64,000 nt of DNA, taken from NCBI GenBank assembly GCA_965649165.1, contig CBFGJT010000004.1, forward strand, positions 15,960 to 79,959, given 5' to 3'. The notes under the pieces are model-generated. The model ran no database searches and had not been told where the DNA came from. It saw only the letters and a list, made by a program, of their open reading frames with translations. Within the stretch, counting starts at the first letter, position 1. Each line of letters begins with the position of its first letter. Origin of the DNA: a candidate division WOR-3 bacterium. Its GTDB lineage: Bacteria; Hydrothermota; Tepidihabitantia; Tepidihabitantales; Tepidihabitantaceae. Positions 1-9,672 of this stretch are shown one piece after another. The position numbers and the translations under genes are program-made.

Positions 1-187
1 TTCTGGTGCCGCTGATCAGGTCGTTCATCCGGTTAATGCAGCGCAGCAGAGTCGATTTACCGCACCCTGAAGGGCCCATAATTGCGGTTACCGCCTTCGC
101 CGGAATGTTGAGCGAAATATCCCGGAGCACATGATTAGTTCCGAACCAGAGGTTCAGCTGCTGAATCTCAATCGTACCTTTCTCCAA
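1..187 (-). CDS. pstB: Phosphate ABC transporter ATP-binding protein PstB; only the N-terminal ~62 aa are in the window, the C-terminus runs off the 5' edge. Start is TTG at 187 or GTG at 214.
   Basis: Minus-strand translation gives …[55 protein letters not shown], which contains a Walker A motif. It lies directly downstream of pstA, and an AAAGGAGG RBS precedes the TTG. Confidence 0.8.
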   Translation of the reverse strand, partial: MEKGTIEIQQLNLWFGTNHVLRDISLNIPAKAVTAIMGPSGCGKSTLLRCINRMNDLISGTR

Positions 188-201
188 ACACCCTCCTTTG
201 G

Positions 202-1086
202 TTATACCTGCCACTTGTTGGCAGTTGCGACGCGCAGTCGAAGCACAAAAGCAACGGCATCAAACATCAGCACGATTAGTAGCAGAACTGCTGCGGTACC
301 GAAGGCGATCGGCCGGACTTTCATCAGCTGGTCATGCTGTGTTGAAAGGGCAAAGAGATGATAGGGCAAAGCCATGAACTTCTGCAGCGGTGTCCGCGGC
401 AGCTCCCGCGTAAAGTAGGTAACACCGGTAAAAAGGATCGGTGCCGTTTCGCCCATCGTCCGGGCGAGCGCAAGCAGAACGCCGGTAAGCATCCCCGGGA
501 AGGCAAACGGCAGTACGTTGTGCCGGATCGCCTCCCATTTGGTCGCCCCAACTGCAAGTGCCCCCTCACGGAATGAACCCGGAATCGCAACCAATGCCTC
601 TTCAGCCGTGGCAATAATCCAAGGCAGATTCATCAGTCCAAGTGTCAGCCCGGAAGCCAAAACTGAAAGCCCGAGCTGGACGCCCCGGACAAACAGCGCA
701 ACTCCGAAAAGACCGTAAACAATTGACGGAATGCCTGCGAGTGCGCGGACTGCGGAACGGAGCAACCTGGTAAGCAAATTATTGGGAGCATATTCTGCCA
801 AGTAGATGGCAGCAAACACTCCGATCGGAATTGAGAAAATCAGGGACACAAAAGTCACATAAATGGTACCAACAATACAGGGCATGATGCCCCCGGCGGT
901 CATACCCCGCTCAGGCGGGCGGGTAATAAACTCCCAGGATAAAACATTGATGCCATTTTTGAAAAGATAAAAGACCATGTAACAGATAGAAGCAAGAAAA
1001 AGCACCACCGGAATCGCCAGGAAAAAAAAGTAAATGTTACTCAGAAAGTATTTTCGGTGTCGCCCGTTCTTGGATAAACCGCTCAC
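202..1086 (-). CDS. pstA: Phosphate ABC transporter permease PstA
   Basis: 294 aa polytopic membrane protein with a PstA-type EAA-loop region (…[18 protein letters not shown]…). Its start overlaps the pstC stop in an ATGA arrangement. Confidence 0.85.
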   Translation of the reverse strand: MSGLSKNGRHRKYFLSNIYFFFLAIPVVLFLASICYMVFYLFKNGINVLSWEFITRPPERGMTAGGIMPCIVGTIYVTFVSLIFSIPIGVFAAIYLAEYAPNNLLTRLLRSAVRALAGIPSIVYGLFGVALFVRGVQLGLSVLASGLTLGLMNLPWIIATAEEALVAIPGSFREGALAVGATKWEAIRHNVLPFAFPGMLTGVLLALARTMGETAPILFTGVTYFTRELPRTPLQKFMALPYHLFALSTQHDQLMKVRPIAFGTAAVLLLIVLMFDAVAFVLRLRVATANKWQV

Positions 1087-2009
1087 AGCGTGAAACTTTG
1101 TCTCTCTCTCCTGATCAGCGATTCGGCGATAAGATTGGTAGCCAGAGCGATGAGAAAGAGAATGAACCCCAGCGCAAACAGAGCGAAAAAGTGGATTGAG
1201 TTAAAGGTGGACTCGCCCAGCTCGATTGCGATCGTAGTGGTAATTGTCCGGATTGGATCAAAAAGTGAACGGGGAATGATGGGGGCATTGCCCGCCACCA
1301 TCAGTACCGCCATCGTCTCCCCGACCGCCCGGCCGAAGCCAAGCATCACCGCCGCGAGGATACCGGAACGGGCTGCGGGTAGAATCACCCGGATTGCAGT
1401 GGCCCAAGGTGATGCCCCGAGTGCATAGGCCGCCTCACGATAGGAGTGAGGCACAACCCGAAGCGCATCATCTGAGACCGAAATTATCGTCGGCAGCGAC
1501 ATTAGCGCCAGCAGCACTGAGGCGTTGAGTACATTAAGCCCAGAGGGAACATTGAAAAGCCGGGCAAGAAAAGGCCCGAGAACAAGTAACCCGAAGAAAC
1601 CGATCACCACTGAAGGAAATCCGGCAAACAGCTCCACCGCCATTTTCACTGCCACCCGCGCCCCGCCTTTCAGTCGTTCAGCAATAAAGACGGCACCGGC
1701 AATTCCCAACGGAATGGCAATCAGCAGTGCCAGCGCGGTGGTAATCAAACTACCGAGAAACAGCGGTAAGATGCCGTATTTAGGCTGACCATAGGCGTCC
1801 GGATTCCAGGAGGTGCCGAAGAGAAAACCGCCCAGTGTTAATGGCTGCGTAGTCGGGTCCTCAGGGTCAACCCCACCGGCCGGGATGAAGGCCCGAATGC
1901 CGTAAGCGAGCAGAAAAATCAAAATCCCGAGCAGCACCGCCGCTGCCAGCACCACGTTGGCCGAGAACAGAACCCGGACGCCATTGTCGGCAATTCTGCG
2001 CCGCTTCAT
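1083..2009 (-). CDS. pstC: Phosphate ABC transporter permease PstC
   Basis: 308 aa permease with a PstC-like signature (…EAAYALGASPWATAIRVILPAARSGILAAV…). Gene order is pstS-pstC-pstA-pstB. Confidence 0.85.
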   Translation of the reverse strand: MKRRRIADNGVRVLFSANVVLAAAVLLGILIFLLAYGIRAFIPAGGVDPEDPTTQPLTLGGFLFGTSWNPDAYGQPKYGILPLFLGSLITTALALLIAIPLGIAGAVFIAERLKGGARVAVKMAVELFAGFPSVVIGFFGLLVLGPFLARLFNVPSGLNVLNASVLLALMSLPTIISVSDDALRVVPHSYREAAYALGASPWATAIRVILPAARSGILAAVMLGFGRAVGETMAVLMVAGNAPIIPRSLFDPIRTITTTIAIELGESTFNSIHFFALFALGFILFLIALATNLIAESLIRRERQSFTL

Positions 2010-2039
2010 AGTCAGTCTGCTCTTTTACACTACATTACT

Positions 2040-2894
2040 CTATTGCAGAATCTGACTATTGCGTTCACTGTAATTCTGAGTGACCGGCACAAAACCCTCT
2101 TCCTCAACGATCTTCTGCCCCTGAGGACTCAGCTCAAACAGGATGAAATCGCGGACAAGCCCTTTCGGTCGACCGTTGGTGTACTGATAAAGCGGCCGGG
2201 TCAAAGGATAGGCACCGCTGCGCACCTTGGCTTCATCGGTTGGAGAGACATATGTCTCCCCTGACTTTTTAGCCACTGCCAGTGGCTTGATCCCCTCTAT
2301 CCCCTTGATGTAACCAAGGCCGACATAGCCGATACCGCCCTCGTCCGCCTTAACACCTTCTACGATCTGGGCATTGCCATTCATCTGCCGCATCGCTGGA
2401 GTGTATTCACCCTTCACTACCTCTTCGCGGAAGAAGACAAAAGTACCGGAATTGGGCTGACGGCCGTAAAGCACAATCTTCTTGTTTGGCCCGCCCACCT
2501 GTTTCCAATTAGTAATCTCACCCCGGTAGATGGCACCGATCTGCTCAATGGTCAGTTGATTCACCGGATTCCTGGCGTTCACAATTACCGAAAGACCGTC
2601 CAGCGCAATCACGATCTCAACCGGATTGACGCCATTGGCGCGTGCGGAGGATATCTCCTTGGACTTGATCTTTCTGGAGGCATTGGCGATATCAACCTCG
2701 CGGTTGGTGATCGCATTGATTCCCACTCCTGAACCACCACCGGTGATGGAAACGGTCGCATCCGGTCGGACTGCGGAAAAAGCTTCAGCCAGACGCTGAG
2801 TCAGATTCAGCATCGTATCTGAACCCTTGACAATAATCTCAGCACCAAAGAGCATGGTGCTGACCAGGGTTGCAAGCGTAAACAACTTCTTCAT
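2040..2894 (-). CDS. pstS: Phosphate-binding protein PstS (periplasmic substrate-binding)
   Basis: Signal peptide MKKLFTLATLVSTMLFGA, then …ITGGGSGVGINAI… and …TFVFF…, typical of the PstS family. An AGGAGG RBS sits upstream. Confidence 0.85.
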   Translation of the reverse strand: MKKLFTLATLVSTMLFGAEIIVKGSDTMLNLTQRLAEAFSAVRPDATVSITGGGSGVGINAITNREVDIANASRKIKSKEISSARANGVNPVEIVIALDGLSVIVNARNPVNQLTIEQIGAIYRGEITNWKQVGGPNKKIVLYGRQPNSGTFVFFREEVVKGEYTPAMRQMNGNAQIVEGVKADEGGIGYVGLGYIKGIEGIKPLAVAKKSGETYVSPTDEAKVRSGAYPLTRPLYQYTNGRPKGLVRDFILFELSPQGQKIVEEEGFVPVTQNYSERNSQILQ

Positions 2895-2924
2895 TCTATC
2901 CTCCTTTGTTCTTCAACGTTTATC

Positions 2925-4112
2925 TTACATCTGCGGTTTGGAAACAAGTGCACTCCACTCAAACCGCACCTGCGCCAGAAGCACATCGGTTGGCTTCAGC
3001 GCACTGTTTTTCGGTTGAGTCCGAGTCCAGGCAAACTGAAACTCAAGTCCCGGCTTGCCTTTCTCCCGGCGGATGAAATGATAATTAAATCCGGCACCAT
3101 ACCGGATAAAGCTCTTATCCCGGTTCAGCGGCATTGAATCGCCACTCTGCTCCCGCCGGTCCCAGATTGAAAACCGGCCAAAAATTTCCACAGTTCTACC
3201 TGGCAGTGTCACCACCGGAACCAGATCCACTCCGCTCATCCGGTAATCCTTCTTTTTCTCCACCAGAGTTGAATCAACGATGTTGCCGAGCGTATCCCGA
3301 TTAATCTGATAGTAGCTGAACTTCCTTGTATAGCTGTAACCAAGATATTCACCCAGAAGAGAAAACGGTCCGAACGCCAACTTGAACATCGGGGCATATG
3401 CCAGACGGTTGACATTCGCGGTATCGGCATTCATAAAGTATGTAACACCACCTTCAGTAACCCGGCCCTTACGATCGTTCTTATAGTGAGAGATATCGGA
3501 ACGATTAGTAAATACTGATCCACCAAGCATCAATCCCGGAAACGGTGTCAGCCGCAGATTTCCTGCTAATTCCGGTGAAGTATTAACATACTTGCCGGCA
3601 TATTTGTAACCTTCGCCGTTGTAAACCCCCAACTGGAATTCACCCAGTCCGTCAGGCAGAAAGCCGTTGAGTGTTACCCCGTAATCGGCGGAGGCGCAAA
3701 CCCCCTGATCATCCTCAAGAGCCTTTTCCGGATGGGTATAGTCCCAAGAGTAAATCAGACCAAAGTAGTGCTTCTGGAGACCGGCAGTGAGATTAAAATC
3801 CTTGATAAAAGGTACCGCCAGATCGGCATAAGCCTCCTTCAACCGTACCGTTGCCCCATCCGGATACTTGTCCAAGGAGAAAATATCCACTGTCATCTTG
3901 GTGAAGAAAGGCGGCGCCCACTGATGAGAGACCCGGATATAGCCCCGCTCCAGTGACAATCGGCTAACCGTAGGAGCGGTTATGTTAAAACTACTTGACT
4001 GATTAGTATAACGGAACCAGCCATTATGCTCAAATTCGGTCTCGCCCGGCTCCAGTGCGAAACCGACGACGGCGATTAACGCCAACATCGTAACTAACTT
4101 TTTGCGACTCAA
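2925..4112 (-). CDS. Outer-membrane porin, possibly a phosphate-selective porin of the OprO/OprP type. The annotated ORF reaches 4145, but the likely start is TTG at 4112, which gives MSRKKLVTMLALIAVVGFA.
   Basis: About 395 aa beta-rich protein with an N-terminal signal peptide and alternating hydrophobic residues. It is the first gene of the porin-pstSCAB operon. AAAGGAG lies 5 nt before the TTG. Confidence 0.45.
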   Translation of the reverse strand: MSRKKLVTMLALIAVVGFALEPGETEFEHNGWFRYTNQSSSFNITAPTVSRLSLERGYIRVSHQWAPPFFTKMTVDIFSLDKYPDGATVRLKEAYADLAVPFIKDFNLTAGLQKHYFGLIYSWDYTHPEKALEDDQGVCASADYGVTLNGFLPDGLGEFQLGVYNGEGYKYAGKYVNTSPELAGNLRLTPFPGLMLGGSVFTNRSDISHYKNDRKGRVTEGGVTYFMNADTANVNRLAYAPMFKLAFGPFSLLGEYLGYSYTRKFSYYQINRDTLGNIVDSTLVEKKKDYRMSGVDLVPVVTLPGRTVEIFGRFSIWDRREQSGDSMPLNRDKSFIRYGAGFNYHFIRREKGKPGLEFQFAWTRTQPKNSALKPTDVLLAQVRFEWSALVSKPQM

Positions 4113-4255
4113 GACAACTCCTTTCTTTTGCTTTTGCTTAAACACGCGTAAAAATCTTAAGTAACTAAAATAAATGCCTAATAAATTAATTGTTAAATTC
4201 TGGTTAACAGAGCTGAAGATTAAGTTGTTGTTTTAACTGTATGTTTTTAAAGGAA

Positions 4256-5035
4256 TTAACCGAATCGACCCGTGATATAGTTCTCGGTTTCCGGACGGTG
4301 GGGACGGGTAAAAATCCGGGATGTAGTGCCAAATTCAATCATTTTCCCCAGAAGCATGAAACCAGTAAAATCAGAAACCCGGGCCGCCTGCTGCATGTTA
4401 TGAGTGACGATTACAATCGTGTATTTTTCTTTGAGCTGCCGGAGCAGGTCTTCAATATGTAGTGTGGCAATCGGATCCAGTGCCGAACAGGGTTCGTCAA
4501 GTAGCAGTACCTCCGGCTCCACCGCCAGCATGCGGGCAATACACAGTCGCTGGCGCTGTTCGTCAGTGAGCCCGAGCGCATTCTGGTCAAGCCGGTCCTT
4601 CAGTTCGTCCCAGAGCCGGACCGCCTGCAAACTCCGTTCCACAATCTCGGTCAGCTTCTGCCGCTGGTTGACTCCGTGCACCCTGGGCCCATAGGCAATA
4701 TTGTCAAATACTGAAAGGGGAAACGCATTCGGCCGTTGAAAGACCATTCCCACCCGCTTGCGCAACTCCAGCACATTCAGCTGATAAATGTTTTTACCGT
4801 CAAGAATAATCTCCCCTCGGATTTTTGCTCCCTCGATCAACTCATTCATCCGATTGAAACTCCGCAGCAGAGTGGATTTACCACACCCGGAAGGACCGAT
4901 GATCGCCGTAATTGCGCGGACAGGAAATTCGATACTGACATCAATGACTGCCTGAAAACTGCCATAAAATACACTGAGATTTTTCGTTGCCAGCTTCACC
5001 GGAGGGTTAACCGATCCTGCCAGAGACATAGTCAT
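4256..5035 (-). CDS. pstB: Phosphate ABC transporter ATP-binding protein PstB, second of two tandem copies in the upstream operon. The probable start is M23 or M25 of the long ORF.
   Basis: …[50 protein letters not shown]…FQRPNAFPLSVFDNIAYGPRVHG…LSGGQ-like LTDEQRQRLCIARMLAVEPEVLLLDEPCSALDP is classic PstB. Confidence 0.85.
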   Translation of the reverse strand: MTMSLAGSVNPPVKLATKNLSVFYGSFQAVIDVSIEFPVRAITAIIGPSGCGKSTLLRSFNRMNELIEGAKIRGEIILDGKNIYQLNVLELRKRVGMVFQRPNAFPLSVFDNIAYGPRVHGVNQRQKLTEIVERSLQAVRLWDELKDRLDQNALGLTDEQRQRLCIARMLAVEPEVLLLDEPCSALDPIATLHIEDLLRQLKEKYTIVIVTHNMQQAARVSDFTGFMLLGKMIEFGTTSRIFTRPHRPETENYITGRFG

Positions 5036-5756
5036 CAGTCCTTTTGTCCCGGGGAGCGGTGAAGATCTGGGCGGTCGGTCCCAGTTCAACCAGTTCTCCA
5101 CTCAGAAAGAATGCGGTCCGGTCCGAGACTCGCGCCGCCTGTTTCACATTGTTGGTCACCAGAATAAATGTATAACTCTGCTTCAATTCGCGCATTGCCT
5201 GTTCAATCTGAGCGGTGGAAATTGGATCCAGCCCAGAACAGGGCTCATCCATCATCACCACCTCCGGTTCTACCGCCAGCGTCCGGGCAATGCAGAGCCG
5301 CTGCTGCTGTCCTCCAGAAAGGCGCAGTGCCGAACTGAACAGCCGGTCTTTCACCTCATCCCAGAGAAAGGCGGCGCGCAGACTCTTCTCCACAATTTCT
5401 GCGAGTCGGCGCATATTCCGGATTCCCTTCAGGCGCGGACCGTATGCCACATTGTCAAAGATCGTCCCGGGCAGTGGTATCGGCGTAGCAAAAATCATCC
5501 CGACCCGGCGCCTCAGAGTATCAATATCCCAATACCGGACGTCCCGGTTGTCCAAGAGCAGTTCACCGGTGCGAACAAAACCAGGTTGATTTTCAATCAG
5601 CCGATTAATACAGCGAAGAAAGGTAGTCTTGCCGGAATGTGCCGGACCGATAATCGCCAGAATTTCATTTGCCATCACGCTCAGACTGATGTCGCGCAGC
5701 ACCGGACTGCCATGAACCACCACATTCAGACCCCGCGTGGTGATTTTCTCCGGCAT
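5007..5756 (-). CDS. pstB: Phosphate ABC transporter ATP-binding protein PstB, first of two tandem copies
   Basis: …ILAIIGPAHSGKTTFLRCINRL…FATPIPLPGTIFDNVAYGPRLKG…LSGGQQQRLCIARTLAVEPEVVMMDEPCSGLDP. The start ATG shares one nucleotide with the pstA stop (TAATG). Confidence 0.85.
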   Translation of the reverse strand: MPEKITTRGLNVVVHGSPVLRDISLSVMANEILAIIGPAHSGKTTFLRCINRLIENQPGFVRTGELLLDNRDVRYWDIDTLRRRVGMIFATPIPLPGTIFDNVAYGPRLKGIRNMRRLAEIVEKSLRAAFLWDEVKDRLFSSALRLSGGQQQRLCIARTLAVEPEVVMMDEPCSGLDPISTAQIEQAMRELKQSYTFILVTNNVKQAARVSDRTAFFLSGELVELGPTAQIFTAPRDKRTDDYVSGRIG

Positions 5757-6574
5757 TACTTTAACCTCCTCGTCACTCGGAACATTAAAAGATAGGCAAT
5801 AGTGTTAATCAGCAGAATGACCACAATCAGCAGAAACGCCGTCCCGTATGCCCGTTTCATTGACAACCCTTCCCGCGCCAGAATGTAAAAATGCACCGCC
5901 ATTGTGCGCCCCGGATCCAGTATCGTCCGAGGTATCCTGAGCGATGATCCGGCAGTGAAAATAACCGCAGCAGTCTCTGCAACACTTCTGCCCAGTCCAA
6001 GAATCACACCCGTGAAAATTCCGGGCAGGGCGTTGGGGAGCACCACACGCATGATTGTCTGCGATTTGGTTCCCCCCAGCGAATAACTCACCTCCCGCAG
6101 CTGATAAGGAATTGCCCGGATCGCCTCCTCGCTCGTCCGGATAATCGTCGGCAGGATCATCACCGCCAGCGTCAACCCGCCGGCAAGAATTGACCAACCC
6201 AGTTTTAACCGGATGACAAACAGAATAAAACCGAACAGCCCGAAGATAATTGATGGCACACCTGCCAGCGCATCTGCTCCGAACCGGATAATTCGGGTCA
6301 GAACGGACTCCCGGGTATATTCGGTCAGATAAACCGCCGTACCCACTCCAAACGGAGTTGCTACCACTATTGCCACGACCGCAACATAAATTGTCGCAAT
6401 CAGCGTCGGCAGGATTCCGCCCTCCTTCCCCATCCGTTCGGGCATGGAAAAAAGAAATTCCGGTGTAATAACCGGTGCGCCCTTGGCGGTGATATAGCCG
6501 ATAATGAAGAAAAGAATCAGCAGGGTAACCAGCGTCAGAAGTGCTAACACCAGCCAAACCAGTCGCTGGGTCAT
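5756..6574 (-). CDS. pstA: Phosphate ABC transporter permease PstA (second operon). The six-frame ORF extends to 6892, but the homologous protein begins at MTQRLVWLVL (ATG 6574) or at the GTG overlapping the pstC stop.
   Basis: The permease core …GVPSIIFGLFGFILFV…SYSLGGTKSQTIMRVVLPNALPGI… belongs to the PstA family. The N-terminal 106 aa extension of the ORF is Gly/Asp-rich and non-homologous. Confidence 0.8.
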   Translation of the reverse strand: MTQRLVWLVLALLTLVTLLILFFIIGYITAKGAPVITPEFLFSMPERMGKEGGILPTLIATIYVAVVAIVVATPFGVGTAVYLTEYTRESVLTRIIRFGADALAGVPSIIFGLFGFILFVIRLKLGWSILAGGLTLAVMILPTIIRTSEEAIRAIPYQLREVSYSLGGTKSQTIMRVVLPNALPGIFTGVILGLGRSVAETAAVIFTAGSSLRIPRTILDPGRTMAVHFYILAREGLSMKRAYGTAFLLIVVILLINTIAYLLMFRVTRRLK

Positions 6575-6588
6575 TAATGGCCGAAAAA

Positions 6589-7428
6589 TCACTTCTGCTC
6601 CCTCATCGTCAGTAGTGCGATCGTATTCAACACCGCTATGATCACAAACAGCACCACGCCCGTTGCAAACAGCGCCCGCTGGTGGTCTCCGGCTGCATAA
6701 CCCATCTCCAGCGCGATGTTTGAGGTCAGTGTTCGCACCGGCACCAGTGGTGAAGTCGGGATCAACAGCGCATTGCCCGCAACCATAATCACCGCCATCG
6801 TTTCGCCAACCGCCCGGCCCATTGCCAGAATCAAACTGGCGATAATGCCGCTCCTTGCTGCCCGGAACTGCACCCGGTAAAGCGTCTGCCACCGGGTCGC
6901 GCCGAGTGCGAGCGAACCCTCCTTGTAACTCAGAGGGACCGCATTCAGTGCATCGAGTGAAATGGCAATCACTGTAGGCAGAATCATAATCCCCAGAATA
7001 ATCCCGGCAGCAAGCACCGAGAAACCGGGGCCGCCAAATGTCTGGCGAATCCAGGGCACAAGCACCACCACACCCATGAAACCGTAAACCACCGAAGGAA
7101 TCCCGGCAAGCAGTTCAATCAGCGGCTTCAGGATTCTGACACTCCACCGCGGAGCAAACTCCGCAAGGAACATTGTGCCCGCGAGCCCGAGCCCGCCACC
7201 AAAAACCAGTGCCAGCAAAGTCACTGCCAGCGAACCGAGAATCATAGGCAAAATCCCGAAACTACCCCGGGTTGGTGCCCAGCGCGTCGAGGCAATGAAA
7301 TTCTTCAGACCAACCTTGACAATCAGTGGCATGCCCTCAATGAAGATGAACAGCGCAATCAATAGTAGCGAACCAAGCGCGGACAGGGCAACTATCAGCA
7401 GTCCCTTCTCAATCAGCTTTTCTTTCAT
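6589..7428 (-). CDS. pstC: Phosphate ABC transporter permease PstC (second operon)
   Basis: 279 aa; …EGSLALGATRWQTLYRVQFRAARSGIIASL…; it follows pstS. Confidence 0.85.
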   Translation of the reverse strand: MKEKLIEKGLLIVALSALGSLLLIALFIFIEGMPLIVKVGLKNFIASTRWAPTRGSFGILPMILGSLAVTLLALVFGGGLGLAGTMFLAEFAPRWSVRILKPLIELLAGIPSVVYGFMGVVVLVPWIRQTFGGPGFSVLAAGIILGIMILPTVIAISLDALNAVPLSYKEGSLALGATRWQTLYRVQFRAARSGIIASLILAMGRAVGETMAVIMVAGNALLIPTSPLVPVRTLTSNIALEMGYAAGDHQRALFATGVVLFVIIAVLNTIALLTMREQK

Positions 7429-8249
7429 CAGCGCACCCGGATTAATCCCTCTTCAGCCAGCGCCGCCTGACCCTCCAGACTCAGCACGAAATCGATAAAT
7501 GACCGGACGAGCGGATTACTGTCACCAGCGACGACAAACAGAAAATCCCGTGCCAGCGGATACTGATGGCTCCGGATGGTTTCCTCGCTCGGCTGGACAC
7601 CATCAATTGCCAAGGTCTTCACCCGTTCATCCACCAGCCCGAACGAAATGTACCCGATTGCGGCTGGATCATTAGCAACGACCTCCCGCACTGCACCATT
7701 GGAATCCTGCACCAGTGCATCCGGGGCAAAATGCTCCCCCTCCATCACCTTCTCCTCAAAACTTGTTCTTGTCCCCGAGCCCTCCTCTCTGGTAATTACT
7801 GTAATCCTCAGATTTGCACCCCCAAACTCCCGCCAGTTCCGGACCGCACCGGAAAAAATCGCCCGTACCTGCTCACGGGTCAGACTCACTACTGGATTTG
7901 TTGGATGGACCACCAGCACAATACCATCAACCGCAATCGGAATTGCGGTCAATCCGGATTCACCAGCATTGAGATGCCGGGAACACATCCCGATATTACA
8001 GATCCGGTTCTGGACCGCTCTGACTCCGGCGGTTGATCCGCCCCCCTGAACATTGATTTCAACTCCGGGATGCCGTTGCTGATAAAGTTCTGCCAGTAGT
8101 TCGATAAACGGCTGGACTGAGGTAGAACCGGCAAGCACGAGCGCTTTCTTGCTACTACTCCGGCAGCCGGGCAACAGAAATAGAAATGAACACAGAAGGA
8201 TGATTACTCGAAAAATTTCCTCAGACACCGGGTGCAAAATGTTAATCAT
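7428..8249 (-). CDS. pstS: Phosphate-binding lipoprotein PstS (second operon)
   Basis: Lipobox LLPGC in the signal peptide, then …VLAGSTSVQPFIELLAELYQQRHPGVEINVQGGGSTAGV…, typical of PstS/PBP-family proteins. Confidence 0.8.
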   Translation of the reverse strand: MINILHPVSEEIFRVIILLCSFLFLLPGCRSSSKKALVLAGSTSVQPFIELLAELYQQRHPGVEINVQGGGSTAGVRAVQNRICNIGMCSRHLNAGESGLTAIPIAVDGIVLVVHPTNPVVSLTREQVRAIFSGAVRNWREFGGANLRITVITREEGSGTRTSFEEKVMEGEHFAPDALVQDSNGAVREVVANDPAAIGYISFGLVDERVKTLAIDGVQPSEETIRSHQYPLARDFLFVVAGDSNPLVRSFIDFVLSLEGQAALAEEGLIRVR

Positions 8250-8651
8250 ATTTTAACACTTTGCAAGTTTAGAATCGAACCCTCACACCGAGCATTACCT
8301 GATCCTGATACTTACCCCAGGGTGAACCCCTTTAATTTATTCTCCCCCCGTCGTCAGATCTGTAACTGATTGCTTGTATGTAACTTAACAAAATAACCTT
8401 CTAATTTCACCGCAGTCTGATGTTAAATTCCCTCCTGAATAAGGACTCTAACTGAAGAGGACACCGTATGCCATTTAACTTGACGCCGAGATACCCGAAA
8501 CAAATTGAAGGTATCGTGAACCGATTCGGTCTGAATTAGTTTTTCATCCTTGCTATTTTCACTATGCCATCACAAGCGTGCCCAAGAACAGCGGTGCGTT
8601 ATTATGTTCGTTTGACAGCATCGCGAAAGTTGCTAAACTTGATTATATTAA

Positions 8652-9266
8652 ATGAAGCATACAGGACATTTTCGACAGACTGTTCTGCCGATTATCCTTG
8701 CTGCTGCGCTCGGTTTTAGCGCACCAGCGGACCGGTGGCATGCGCTGCGTAACCGGTATCTGGGGCTCAGGTCGCTTGCCGGCAGTTTTACCGAGACGAT
8801 CAAACCGGCTGAGAACACCGGACAAAAACCTCTGATCTTCAAGGGCAGTTTTCTTTTTCAGCTTCCTTACAACTTCCGGCTTGAAGTACAGGAACCGGTG
8901 CGTCAGACAATTGTCGGCAACGATTCGATAGTCTGGTTCTATTTCCCCGACGAACAACGGGCAGTGCGCCAGCAGCGAAATCAGCCTGTGCCTTTACTTG
9001 CATTTGTTGAACCGCTGCTGGACACCAACAGCCGGATCACCGAGAAGGGAACCGGAATAATTATGATTGAAAATGAAAACAGTTTCCTCTCCCCTCTGCT
9101 TTTGGAATTGGACCCCAATGGCACAACCGTCGCCGGACTTTCCTTTACCGACGAACTGGGCAACCAGTGCCGGTTTCTGCTCGCCCGTCAGCGCTGGAAC
9201 CCACCGGTCAGCCGGAAAAGTTTCCGGTTCATTCCGCCGAAGGGGGTAACCGTTGAGTTCCAGTAA
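8652..9266 (+). CDS. LolA-like outer-membrane lipoprotein carrier / sorting protein
   Basis: 204 aa with a cleavable signal peptide. The body is beta-rich and ends …NQCRFLLARQRWNPPVSRKSFRFIPPKGVTVEF, matching the LolA/LppX fold family. Confidence 0.5.
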   Translation: MKHTGHFRQTVLPIILAAALGFSAPADRWHALRNRYLGLRSLAGSFTETIKPAENTGQKPLIFKGSFLFQLPYNFRLEVQEPVRQTIVGNDSIVWFYFPDEQRAVRQQRNQPVPLLAFVEPLLDTNSRITEKGTGIIMIENENSFLSPLLLELDPNGTTVAGLSFTDELGNQCRFLLARQRWNPPVSRKSFRFIPPKGVTVEFQ

Positions 9267-9672
9267 TGAGCTCAAACTGCAGGACAAGGACACCTGTTTT
9301 GTCTGCGGCAGATCCAACCCATACGGACTCAGGCTGCCAATCGTTACTGACGACCAGGGCGCCCATTTTGAATATGTTATTCCTGAACATTATCAGGGCT
9401 GGCAGGGCATCGCCCATGGCGGTATTGTTGCCACACTGCTTGACGAGCTGATGGCATGGTCAACAAAAACTCGCGGCTACAGCACAGTCACAGCTGAGAT
9501 GAATGTCCGGTTCCGCAAACCGGTGCCGGTTGGGCAGAAGATTTACGGACAGGGCTGGATCACCGCCGAACAGAGCAGACTGGTGCTCGCTGCCAGCCGG
9601 CTGACCGACCCCACAGGCACAGTTCTTGCCGAGGCGACCGGCAAACTCTGGAAAATCTCAGAACGGCATTGA
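9253..9672 (+). CDS. PaaI-family hotdog-fold acyl-CoA thioesterase. The start is TTG, overlapping the upstream gene by 14 nt.
   Basis: …HYQGWQGIAHGGIVATLLDELMAWS… carries the PaaI/YbgC HGG motif; 139 aa. Confidence 0.7.
   Translation: MSSSNELKLQDKDTCFVCGRSNPYGLRLPIVTDDQGAHFEYVIPEHYQGWQGIAHGGIVATLLDELMAWSTKTRGYSTVTAEMNVRFRKPVPVGQKIYGQGWITAEQSRLVLAASRLTDPTGTVLAEATGKLWKISERH

Noticed and set aside
5805-6557. 250 aa ORF on the minus strand in another frame, overlapping pstA of the second operon. Similar long antisense or out-of-frame ORFs occur at 48561-49466 inside valS, 58384-59169 inside the YfhO gene, 34103-34756 inside the DUF2723 gene and 16815-17234 inside the MFS gene.
   Set aside because: These are high-GC artefacts. 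They lack RBSs, have low-complexity Arg/Gly/Pro-rich composition, and lie entirely inside genes with clear family-level homology on the other frame or strand.
8250-8650. Possible riboswitch or leader, or PhoB boxes, in the 400 nt intergenic region between pstS (minus) and the LolA-like gene (plus)
   Set aside because: TTAAC-containing repeats and a weak TTGACA…TAAACT promoter are visible. No confident match to a Pho box consensus or riboswitch architecture can be made without alignment, so it is mentioned only as a probable divergent promoter region.
9266-9451. 61 aa ATG-initiated ORF inside the PaaI thioesterase gene in a different frame
   Set aside because: The PaaI frame, TTG start at 9253, carries the conserved HGG hotdog motif. 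The alternative frame has no homology and an Arg/Thr-rich composition.
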